The position numbers and the translations under genes were made by a program. A stretch of 64,000 bases of DNA, from positions 1,167,187-1,231,186 of the forward strand of contig CAXXTM010000002.1 of the NCBI GenBank assembly GCA_963663445.2. The letters are read 5' to 3'. Below are positions 38,114-50,700 of this stretch, piece after piece. The DNA is from Aggregatilineales bacterium. GTDB lineage: Bacteria; Chloroflexota; Anaerolineae; Aggregatilineales; Phototrophicaceae. The number at the start of each line of letters is the position of its first letter. The first letter of the stretch is position 1. Below the pieces are notes generated by a model. That model was given only the letters and a program-made list of their open reading frames with translations. It was not told the DNA's origin and did not search any database.

Positions 38114-39244
38114 ATGAGTGTGCGGGATTCCCGCATTGTCAACATCGGCTTGCGCAACATCGCCGCAACCATATTGATCGCGCTAGGCTTGTTGTTCGCC
38201 TGGGAGATCCGCGGCACATTGATGCTGACCTTCGCCGCGGTGATCTTGGTTGTGCTATTCACAATGCCGGTGCGTTTGCTGGTAAAGCGCTTCGAGATGA
38301 ACCGTTTAGTCGCCATTATCGTCAGCGTGGTCGGCTTTTTTATAATACTTGGTTTAATCGGTCTCCCAATCTTAAGAACTATCGGCAGCCAGTCTCAAGT
38401 TTTGGCGGGCCAGATCCAGCAAGGTTTGCAAGAGGTGGGCGAATCAATCACCCGAGAGGCACTCATCTCTCGGTATCCTTTCCTTGAGGGCTTGATTCCC
38501 AGCGATATTAACGATTTGATCTCGATCGACTTTATTAACCAGACCGTCTCTCAGCTGACAGAAGCGGTTGGCACGCTGGGCGGGACGGTTCTGCCGGTCG
38601 TTGGCGGCGTCGCCAATACGATTCTTAGCGCGCTCATCATCTTCTTCCTTAGTATGTATTTGTTGGCGGAACCGGATCGTTATGTGAACGGTATCATCAA
38701 ACTCACGCCGATACGCTATCGTGGGCGCATGATGCATATATTGCGTCGGCTTGATTCTACGTTACGTGCCTGGCTGAGCGTGACGGGCGTGTCGATGTTG
38801 GTGGTAGCCGTGCTGACGGGCTTGGGGCTGGCGCTGCTGGGTATCAATGAATGGCTGGCTTTGGGTGTTTTGGCGGGTGTCCTGTCCTTTATCCCCAATT
38901 TTGGTCCGGTTGTCGCGCTGGTTCCTTCGGTGGCGGTGGCGATTGTGCAAGCGCCTGAAAATGTGATCGGGGTCGCAGCCGTCATTTACGGTGTGTCATT
39001 CTTCCAGAGTCAAGTTGTAAGCCCCGTACTAGCAAGCGAACGAATGAATATGCCGGCGATTCTCGTTCTGTTGGGTCAGATCATATTTGGCTTTTTCTTT
39101 GGATTCCTGGGCTTGATGCTGGCGGTGCCCTTGAGCGCGGTTGTGGCTGTGCTTGTGGACGAGATATACGTGCAGGATATTCTGGGCGATCGTCCCAAAG
39201 AAAAGGTCAATGAGGATGCGACGGAAGCGCTAGGGCCCGGCTGA
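38114..39244 (+). CDS. AI-2E family transporter (PerM/YhhT, UPF0118)
   Basis: 376 aa with about 8 TM helices. Conserved C-terminal blocks (FIPNFGPVVALVP, LLGQIIFGFFFGFLGLMLAVPL). GGGAGG Shine-Dalgarno sequence. Confidence 0.85.
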   Translation: MSVRDSRIVNIGLRNIAATILIALGLLFAWEIRGTLMLTFAAVILVVLFTMPVRLLVKRFEMNRLVAIIVSVVGFFIILGLIGLPILRTIGSQSQVLAGQIQQGLQEVGESITREALISRYPFLEGLIPSDINDLISIDFINQTVSQLTEAVGTLGGTVLPVVGGVANTILSALIIFFLSMYLLAEPDRYVNGIIKLTPIRYRGRMMHILRRLDSTLRAWLSVTGVSMLVVAVLTGLGLALLGINEWLALGVLAGVLSFIPNFGPVVALVPSVAVAIVQAPENVIGVAAVIYGVSFFQSQVVSPVLASERMNMPAILVLLGQIIFGFFFGFLGLMLAVPLSAVVAVLVDEIYVQDILGDRPKEKVNEDATEALGPG

Positions 39245-39350
39245 CGTTTCAGCCGCGCCTCATTTGTCGGCTTGATCCGGTGAATTGCGATTCACGACCG
39301 TTGTCGTCACGCGACTGCTAAGGAATTTTTTGGAAAAGGGAAAACCAGCC

Positions 39351-39378
39351 TTGACATCGCGTAAACCTATGCTAGTCT
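39351..39378 (+). promoter_or_regulatory. rRNA operon promoter candidate: -35 TTGACA (39351-39356), 16-nt spacer, TGc-TAGTCT extended -10 (39370-39378), with an A/T-rich UP-like tract upstream
   Basis: Hexamers read from the sequence. AATTTTTTGGAAAAGGGAAAA lies at 39324-39344. Confidence 0.5.
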
Positions 39379-39392
39379 AGTGGCGCAATGAT

Positions 39393-39448
39393 GAGGACAT
39401 GTGTCCTCGTCTTTTTTGTCCCCCTTTTGGGGCATGTGCAAATTAACA
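39393..39448 (+). promoter_or_regulatory. rRNA leader: terminator-like hairpin GAGGAC-ATGT-GTCCTC plus T6 (39393-39417), then boxA-like TGCAAATTAACA (39437-39448)
   Basis: Stem and T-run read from the sequence. The boxA comparison is to E. coli TGCTCTTTAACA (9 of 12 match). Confidence 0.35.
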
Positions 39449-39489
39449 GCAGAATAGTGGGTTAAGACAGAAAAGACGAACCCTGATCG

Positions 39490-40995
<1,506 letters not shown>

Positions 40996-41120
40996 AAGGG
41001 AGCGCGATTCGTAAGGATCGCGCGAGAACAGAGTAAGAGTGTGTAAAGCGGGGTGAAGTTTTAATACTGTCTAACCTGCTATTGTGCTGTTAATGTTAAG
41101 ATTGTATGGGGATTGGATTT

Positions 41121-41194
41121 GGGGCTGTAGCTCAGTTGGTTAGAGCGCGCGCCTGATAAGCGCGAGGTCGCAAGTTCAAGTCTTGCCAGCCCCA
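41121..41194 (+). tRNA. tRNA-Ile (anticodon GAT)
   Basis: Manual cloverleaf: GGGGCTG/CAGCCCC acceptor, anticodon loop CTGATAA, T-arm GCAAG-TTCAAGT-CTTGC. 74 nt. CCA is not fully encoded (CCT follows). Confidence 0.95.
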
Positions 41195-41198
41195 CCTC

Positions 41199-41271
41199 GG
41201 GGACATAGCTCAGTTGGGAGAGCGCCTCGTTTGCACCGAGGAGGTCAGGGGTTCGAGTCCCCTTGTCTCCA
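41199..41271 (+). tRNA. tRNA-Ala (anticodon TGC)
   Basis: GGGGACA/TGTCTCC acceptor with G3:T70, anticodon loop TTTGCAC, T-arm AGGGG-TTCGAGT-CCCCT. 73 nt, only 4 nt after tRNA-Ile. No encoded CCA. Confidence 0.95.
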
Positions 41272-41331
41272 CAAGTACCCATCTCCGGTTATTTTTTCTT
41301 CCTGCCACATCAAATCTAAGAACGAGAAAAG

Positions 41332-41363
41332 CAGCCCTTTCGGTACTTCCAAGAGGGCTGTTT
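41332..41363 (+). terminator. Terminator-like hairpin in the tRNA-Ala/23S spacer (CAGCCCTTT / AAGAGGGCTG, then TTTGGGTT)
   Basis: A 9-bp stem including one G-U pair (41332-41340 with 41352-41360), an 11-nt loop, and a short T-run. Confidence 0.3.
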
Positions 41364-41592
41364 GGGTTGCCGGCGGCTAAAGGCACAGCAGCCGATCGTT
41401 TAGTTTTGGAGAGCGCGTGTTGGCTCGGCTTCCGCGTAGCGAATAGGATTTGCCCAAGACAGTGCGGCTGGTTCGCGCGCCGAGATTTGGCCTATGCATT
41501 TTCGTTGATTACGCGCCGAACGTTGATCTTGACCGGTATTGGCAGGCAAAAGATGTGAAGATATCGTGGTACGAAATCGGTCAAATTGGCGC

Positions 41593-41621
41593 TTGACGAT
41601 GTGCTATAAGCGTGGCAGAAT
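41593..41621 (+). promoter_or_regulatory. Promoter-like element inside the spacer upstream of 23S: -35 TTGACG, 17-nt spacer, -10 CAGAAT; an overlapping TGCTATAAG is at 41602-41610
   Basis: Hexamers read from the sequence. The -35 context GCTTGACG resembles the main rrn promoter CCTTGACA. Confidence 0.3.
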
Positions 41622-41739
41622 TTCCAGGCTAGCGGCTGGTTGAAATCAGCTGGTGCGTCTTAACAGTCGAATAAACAACGCGAAGGTAATACCTAAGCGC
41701 GCATGCCAAGAGTGCCGTGCATTCCGTATGATGTGATAC

Positions 41740-44572
<2,833 letters not shown>

Positions 44573-44678
44573 GTATTGTATGGTACGGGGTGTATGGCGC
44601 TATTGGAGCGCATTGGGTATGAGAATGGCGTTGTTTATTCGAGGCTGACGCAAGACTAATAGAGCGGTTGAGTGTTGT

Positions 44679-44794
44679 GTTGGTGGCTAGAGCCGCGGGG
44701 GTCCACCCGGTCTCATCCCGAACCCGGAAGTTAAGCCCGCGAGCGCAGATGGTACTGCATTGGAGACGATGTGGGAGAGTATGCCGCCGCCAAC
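44679..44794 (+). rRNA. rrf: 5S ribosomal RNA
   Basis: GTTGGTGGC...CCCGAACCCGGAAGTTAAGC...GGGAGAGTATGCCGCCGCCAAC, with helix I closing. Confidence 0.95.
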
Positions 44795-44859
44795 GCTACA
44801 CTTAACCGCTCTTTTTGCTCGCTGGCGCACTCTTGTCACGCTATTTACGGTGTTAGTAA

Positions 44860-46717
44860 ATGCTCGGTGATTTCAAGAAACTTGCTCAAATCGTCAAAGA
44901 AAACCGCATAACACAATTGATAATTGCCATTGTTGTACTGTTGCTGGCATTTGGTCTGAGGATTGATAATCTGGGCGAAATGCCCGTCCGATTTGACGAA
45001 GCATTCTCTGTCTGGTTCAGCAACATGGATCTCGCCAACTTTACCGAACGAACCGCCAGCGACATCCACCCCCCGCTCTACTACTGGTTCTTTCACCTCT
45101 GGACGCGTCTAGCCGGCACCAGCGAGTTCGCTATACGCGCAAAGGCCGTTTTCTTTAGCTTGATCACGGCTGCGACTGTCTATGTTTTCACTCACCGAAT
45201 GAGCCAAAATCGCCTTGCCGCCTCACTGACGCTGCTGCTCATCACCCTGTCCCCCTACCACATCCAATGGTCGCAAGACGCCCGCATGTACGCCCAGGTA
45301 ACCATGTTCGCGTCGCTGGCGCTCTACGCCTACTTGCGCATGTTCTGTTTATGTGACCGCGGCACTCATTGCGACAAGCAGGATTATTATTTTGCGCGAG
45401 CGCGGCAGTCCTTTTCGCTGCCGCCGAGCGGCTCTTGCAGAGGCGGAGCATTATTGGCGATTGCTGGAATCGGCGTGACGCTGACGCATTACTTTGGCGG
45501 GATAATCGTCATTATCATCACGATTCATTGCCTTTTTCACTGGCGACAATTCCGCTGCGGGCGCCGCCAGTTCGCGATAGCAATCGGCATCATTGCCGCC
45601 GCCTTTCTGCTCTGGGCTGCCTACGCCATCGGACTCATCCGCCGGGACCCAGGATACGCCAGTTTCCAGCCCATCTATACTTTCTGGCTCATGGCAACCC
45701 TCTTCGCTGTAAACAAATCAATTCACATCGGGAAATATCTGCCTGCCTCGCTCTTTGTTAGCGCCATCCTTTCTTTAAGGCATTGTGCTGACATGGTGTC
45801 ACCGTCGTCGCGACGCAATTCTTATCCTGCTCGGCTGCCTGCTCCCACCCGCCTCCATCGCTGCAGTGGCGCTGCCCTTCTTCCCCTTCCACGTCAACTG
45901 GCTCTCGGAACGATACTTCGTAATCTGCGCGCCCTTCGTCTTCGCTGGCTGGGGTATCAGCTTGGCAGCTATGCTGCAAAGACGGCGGCTGCGCTTGGTT
46001 GGTTTAGCAGCCACGGCAGGGCTGCTCATCTTGAATGCTCATCTCGCAGGGGAGCAACGGGACGCCCGCTACTTCAAAGATGACTATCGCAGTATGATGG
46101 CAACTGTCGCTGCGCTGACCACATCCGACGAGAAAGTTTTTGTTATCTCCGCTAGATTCGCGCTGCAAGTCAATTACTACCTGGATCAAGCCGGCTATGA
46201 CGCGCCAAAAGACGCCAACGCACGCTACATCAATGTTACCGGTGTGCCGGTCGGCTATGTGGACGACCTGCCAGCGATGATGGGACGGGTCTTCTCCGGC
46301 TTTCCCCGCTTTTGGCTCATTGAAATTGAAGCTGCTAACGATGATCCGCTGGGCAAACGCGTTAAGTGGATCGAAGATCACTATTTCCGTATCTTCCGCA
46401 TACCCATAGGGCGCAATGGTATCAGCCTATACAGTATCGATCCCACCGACCATATCCCCGAAAGTGCGGCTATCATCCCGCCGGTGGTTACTGAAGCGCG
46501 ACCTGGTGATCAAGTACGGATCGGCGTTCCGGCTGGCGCGAGGGTCGACTTGGTTCACAGTGGGCAGGTTATCGACACGCGTCTTTCCGATACCTGGATG
46601 CTGCATCAATTTGACATTTATCCCTTTTATTTCAATGGCTCATATGAGCTGCGCGTGGCGGGCGAGAGCTATCCCTTTGTGATTACGCATAGTCAAGACT
46701 TTCCTGGTGATGTCTAA
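44860..46717 (+). pseudogene. GT-C fold glycosyltransferase, GT39/PMT_2-like (paralog 1), interrupted by a +1 frame break near 45778
   Basis: ORF 44860..46083 carries the N-terminal two-thirds. ORF 45785..46717 carries the rest in the +1 frame. Both are colinear with the intact paralog at 47165..48886. Confidence 0.75.
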
Positions 46718-46842
46718 GAGTAGGAAACCAAATAGGGATTGACGCTAATGAGACGCGGCGCAATGGGGTTATTGCAGCCGCGGCTCAACGCTTCTTGCCC
46801 CTTCGGCCCGTGAGGACAATTCGCCCATAGGTCCATCAGGGG

Positions 46843-46856
46843 CTGTCACGTGACAG
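46843..46856. promoter_or_regulatory. Perfect 14-bp palindrome CTGTCACGTGACAG (possible operator)
   Basis: Read directly from the sequence. It lies 30 nt upstream of a TATAAT at 46886-46891. Confidence 0.3.
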
Positions 46857-46925
46857 GCCGATCGGCGCTTTCCCACTCTTGCCACTATAATAGTACGATA
46901 TTGAAGTGTGCGGGGTTGTTCGATA

Positions 46926-47150
46926 ATGAAGCGGGTTGAAGCGATTCTTGTGCGTTTGTTTCTCGTTACAGCAAGTTTCGCCTTTGCCTTTTTTTTCATT
47001 GAAGCGGCGGCGAATCACTATCTTTGGAACCTCGTCACTAAAGACGAGTTCAACGAACTCGCATCTATCAATCAACTCAAAGAACGGTATGGGGATGACG
47101 TTATCAGCAACAGCGGCGAAGCAAGGCGAGACCTTCGATTTGTGCCGTAA
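46926..47150 (+). CDS. Small hypothetical membrane-anchored ORF (74 aa), possibly a gene remnant
   Basis: MKRVEAILVRLFLVTASFAFAFFFIE... is a signal-anchor-like N-terminus. It stops 12 nt before the next gene. There is no strong Shine-Dalgarno sequence. Confidence 0.3.
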   Translation: MKRVEAILVRLFLVTASFAFAFFFIEAAANHYLWNLVTKDEFNELASINQLKERYGDDVISNSGEARRDLRFVP

Positions 47151-47164
47151 TTAATGAGGTAAAT

Positions 47165-48886
47165 ATGCGCCACATGGCTCGCGGGTTGCTTCTGGTCTTG
47201 GTCTTGCTGCTGGCATTCTACCTTCGCATAGATGACCTGGGGGACTGGCCCGTTCGCATGGATGAAGCTTTTTCCGTGTGGGCGGCCCAGATGGACTTTC
47301 TAAAGGGCACAGAATCCATCGCCAGCGATGTACACCCGCCGATATACTTTTGGCTCCTTCATCTGTGGCTTCGACTAACCGGCAGCAGCGAGTTTTCGAT
47401 CCGCATGCTTTCTGTCCTCCCCAGCCTTATCGCGGTTCCAGTGGTTTACATCATTACGCTTCGCTTAAGCAGTCGAAGACTTGCTGCTCTGCTCGCGATG
47501 CTCCTAGTCACGACATCTCCCTACCTCATCTACTGGTCGCAAGATGCGCGCATGTACCCACTGGCGACCATGTTCGCAAGTTTGGCGATTTACGCCCATT
47601 TGCGCAATCGAACAATATTGTTTGCGTTTGCCGGAATCGGCACGGCGCTAACACATTACTTTGGCGCGATTGTAGTTGGCATTCTCGTACTTCATGAGAT
47701 CCTGAGTCCATGCCACAAGGGGGCCAAACGCCGGCATTGGTACGTGGCAATCGCGCTTATACTCTTGGTTTGCACGCTGTGGGGCACATATGCGATCGGC
47801 TTGATTCGAAAAGATCCGTCATTTGCGACCTTCGACCCTCAGGCCGCTTTTCTGATGATGGCGGGCGCGTTTTCCGTCAATTCATCCACGCACCTGGGCG
47901 CCTACAATCTGCATGTGGCGCTTGTCACCGCGATCTTCTTTGTTGGGCTTGTCTTCAGCTGGCGCGATAATCCGCGCGCAACGTACTTCATCGTTCTGGT
48001 TTGTCTGCTGCCGCCCATAGTCATTTCGTTATTGGGCTTGCCGTTTGTTCCCATACATGTCAATGCCCTGCAAGCGCGATATTTCAACTTGTTCGCTCCA
48101 TTTGTATTCGCAGGGTTTGGCATTGGCTTGACGGCGCCGCTTGGCGGACGTTGGCTGTGCCTGATCGGTATGATTGCTGGCATTGGCTTGACGATGTTCT
48201 ACGGATCGTTGACGCTCGAGAGAGCCGACGAACATTATTTCAAGGATGACTACAGAACGATGATGGCGGCCGTCGCGACGCTGACAAATGCGGACGACAG
48301 GGTGTATTTTATTTCCGGGGGACGTAGGCCCCTGGTCTACTACCACTTGGATCAAGCCGGCTACGATGTGCCAAAAAATGTTTACGCCGAGCCAGTGAAT
48401 GTAACGGGCATTCCTCGGAGTAGCGAAAGCGACGTTTCGGCTATGATGAACTGGATCTTTGCGGGAATAGATCGCTTCTGGCTGATCGAGATCGAGGCGC
48501 ATCTCGATCAGCCGCTGGATGCCCCCTTGAACTGGATTAAGGATAATTACCATAGGATTTACCACATTCCGGTTGCTTGGAACGGCATCAGCTTCTTTAG
48601 CAATGACGAAAACGATACCATTCCGACAATAGATGCCATCATTCCGCCGGTGATTACTGAAGCGCGGCCTGGCGATCTGGTGCGAATAGGGGTGCCCGCA
48701 GGCGCCACGGTTGAACTATTTCACAGCGGGCAGACCATCGACTCACATGTCGCCGAAACATGGATGCTTCATCAATTTGATATTTATCCGTTTTACTTCA
48801 ATGGCCATTATGAGCTGCGCGTGGCGGACCAACATTATCCATTTATGATAACACATAGCCAAGATTTTCCTGGCAGCAGTACCTAG
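47165..48886 (+). CDS. GT-C fold glycosyltransferase, GT39/PMT_2-like (paralog 2, intact)
   Basis: First-loop motif PVRMDEAFSVW, then HPPIYFWLLHLWLRLTGSSEFSIR, SPYLIYWSQDARMY, THYFG. About 11 TM helices plus a 200-aa C-terminal soluble part. GAGG Shine-Dalgarno sequence. Confidence 0.85.
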   Translation: MRHMARGLLLVLVLLLAFYLRIDDLGDWPVRMDEAFSVWAAQMDFLKGTESIASDVHPPIYFWLLHLWLRLTGSSEFSIRMLSVLPSLIAVPVVYIITLRLSSRRLAALLAMLLVTTSPYLIYWSQDARMYPLATMFASLAIYAHLRNRTILFAFAGIGTALTHYFGAIVVGILVLHEILSPCHKGAKRRHWYVAIALILLVCTLWGTYAIGLIRKDPSFATFDPQAAFLMMAGAFSVNSSTHLGAYNLHVALVTAIFFVGLVFSWRDNPRATYFIVLVCLLPPIVISLLGLPFVPIHVNALQARYFNLFAPFVFAGFGIGLTAPLGGRWLCLIGMIAGIGLTMFYGSLTLERADEHYFKDDYRTMMAAVATLTNADDRVYFISGGRRPLVYYHLDQAGYDVPKNVYAEPVNVTGIPRSSESDVSAMMNWIFAGIDRFWLIEIEAHLDQPLDAPLNWIKDNYHRIYHIPVAWNGISFFSNDENDTIPTIDAIIPPVITEARPGDLVRIGVPAGATVELFHSGQTIDSHVAETWMLHQFDIYPFYFNGHYELRVADQHYPFMITHSQDFPGSST

Positions 48887-48973
48887 GACAAGAATACATG
48901 GCATCTCTGTTAGACATGCCTTGATGCCCCGCAATCAACCTGATCCCTGCAACGCGCTGCGCCAACACGACAC

Positions 48974-49002
48974 CTGACTGCTCTATGTATATTTAGTACA
49001 AT
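48974..49002 (+). promoter_or_regulatory. Candidate promoter: -35 CTGACT, 17-nt spacer, -10 TACAAT, ending 6 nt before ATG 49009 (leaderless-type geometry)
   Basis: Hexamers read from the sequence. There is no Shine-Dalgarno sequence between the -10 and the ATG. Confidence 0.35.
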
Positions 49003-49008
49003 CGCCCC

Positions 49009-50553
49009 ATGCGATTCCACAACAATTCCTCTTCCAGGCGTCTCATCGGATCCTACCTTCATTTGCTCGTTGCGCTAGCCTGCTTGTTGTTTGCCTGGCA
49101 TTTTGGCACAGAGGGTTTGACGCGCGTACCCTTGGCCAATCATGACGAACTGCGTACCCTTTCGCACATTTTTGGGCGCTCTGTTAGCATCCCACAGGCA
49201 CTTCAAGAAACAGTCACGAACGTTGCGATGAATAGCGAGCAACACGGTCCTTTGTATTTCATCCTTTTGAATATTTGGTCCAGAGTCGCTGGCAGTGATT
49301 TATTCGTATTGCGATTGTTGTCGGCTTATTTCGCTCTGCTTTCCTTGGCAGCGATTTATCGCCTCGCGCGTATTGTTTCCCACCATCACGCCTTGGCGCT
49401 TGCCGCTGTGTTTATCGTTTCGCTAAATTCCTTGTTCCTGTTTTATTCGCGCGAGTTAAGGATGTACACGTTACTGCCGTTCTTGGCAGCCTGGATCATC
49501 TGGTGCTATTGGCGCCTGCTCGACGCGACTGAACGAATGAACTGGCGGACTGGGCTATTGCTGGCATTGAGTTGCGGGCTGATATTGTACCTGCACTATT
49601 TTGGAATCTTCATCTTGGCCGCCATCGCCTTGTATCATCTCCTCTTTGCGCGCGAGCATCGACACTGGATTCATATTACGCTTGCCTTGATAGGCGGCGG
49701 CTTGCTTTTTTTACCTTGGGCGCCTACTGTCCTCATGGGCTTGGAAGGTTTCTCCAACAAGTCATTTAGTGGCATGAACGCGCTCGAATCGCTCCTCAGT
49801 CTTGCCAATGTTTATAGCAACGACTTCTGGATACTTCCCCTTGGCGCTCTGATCATCGTTGCTTGGAACCGCAAGCGACTGGACAAGCCGCAACGATTTG
49901 TCTCGATGCTCACTTTTCTATTGATTGCCATTTTGTTGTTGTCAAATGAAATCAAGCCTATACTCATACCGAGACGCCTGCGCTATATGCTTCTGCTGGC
50001 GCCACTGCTCGGCTGCGTTCTGGCTACCGCCTGGAGTTTCCTGCCCAAGCGAGCGCCAGTCCAGATCTTGCTGGCGGGTGTCTGGATAATCTCATTCGTA
50101 ACGTATGCGCAAAACGAGAACTCTTATATTGCGACCAAACGCAAAAACCTGGAGTCGCTGCACGCGCCACCCTTTTATGCGCTGCTGTACAGTCCCAATA
50201 TTCAAGTTCAACCAACAGAATCGGTGCTAAGCTTACATCCGTCTCGTAAGATAACCTGGATCACAGGCGACTACTATCAGAAGCTTATCAAGCCAAGCAA
50301 TCTGGTTCACATCTATTACGATGGCGGCGGCAGGCTCACCCTGCAAACGACTAGGCAACCCCTAAGCTCGCTCGACGATTTCGTATCGAAATACGCGGCG
50401 TTCTGGCTGCTTTACGACCCACAAGAGACCGACGAGCGTTCCATGGGCGATATCTTCTGGTGGGCGCGCAATTATTATCGCTCCTGCGGCAGATACCTGG
50501 CAGAAACAGATGTCATCGTGGAGCGCTATGTCCGCGATTCTGATCCTTGCTAA
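49009..50553 (+). CDS. GT-C fold glycosyltransferase, GT39/PMT_2-like (paralog 3, divergent)
   Basis: LANHDELRTL first-loop acidic motif, HGPLYFILLNIWSRVAGSDLFVLR, LFLFYSRELRMY, LHYFG. The C-terminal part is shorter and different. Confidence 0.8.
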   Translation: MRFHNNSSSRRLIGSYLHLLVALACLLFAWHFGTEGLTRVPLANHDELRTLSHIFGRSVSIPQALQETVTNVAMNSEQHGPLYFILLNIWSRVAGSDLFVLRLLSAYFALLSLAAIYRLARIVSHHHALALAAVFIVSLNSLFLFYSRELRMYTLLPFLAAWIIWCYWRLLDATERMNWRTGLLLALSCGLILYLHYFGIFILAAIALYHLLFAREHRHWIHITLALIGGGLLFLPWAPTVLMGLEGFSNKSFSGMNALESLLSLANVYSNDFWILPLGALIIVAWNRKRLDKPQRFVSMLTFLLIAILLLSNEIKPILIPRRLRYMLLLAPLLGCVLATAWSFLPKRAPVQILLAGVWIISFVTYAQNENSYIATKRKNLESLHAPPFYALLYSPNIQVQPTESVLSLHPSRKITWITGDYYQKLIKPSNLVHIYYDGGGRLTLQTTRQPLSSLDDFVSKYAAFWLLYDPQETDERSMGDIFWWARNYYRSCGRYLAETDVIVERYVRDSDPC

Positions 50554-50606
50554 TGCTTCAGACGTCCTAGGAATCAGTATTAGCCGAGTCTATGGGGCAA
50601 ACTATC

Positions 50607-50626
50607 CTCATCTATGCTTAGATGAG
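50607..50626. terminator. Hairpin between convergent genes (CTCATCTA-TGCT-TAGATGAG)
   Basis: An 8-bp stem and 4-nt loop read from the sequence. The flanks are only weakly T-rich. Confidence 0.3.
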
Positions 50627-50700
50627 TTGCGCTTGAAATATGCAAAGGTAGAAGCATTCGCGGTATATGCGCCTAAATCCAGTTTCGATCATGTCTAATA

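Noticed and set aside
44833-44859. TTGTCA ... TAGTAA promoter-like hexamers immediately upstream of GT-C paralog 1
   Set aside because: The spacer is only 15 nt, and the -10 abuts the annotated ATG (44860). A transcript from it would lack that start codon. This possibly means the true start is TTG 44917, but the evidence is too weak to call.
45772-45783. Programmed +1 ribosomal frameshift at TCT TTA AGG C in GT-C paralog 1
   Set aside because: The site superficially resembles rare-AGG-driven +1 sites. However, the P-site codon UUA cannot re-pair in the +1 frame (UAA), and there is no upstream Shine-Dalgarno-like stimulator. The gene also carries a second lesion-like insertion. Pseudogene or sequencing error is more parsimonious.
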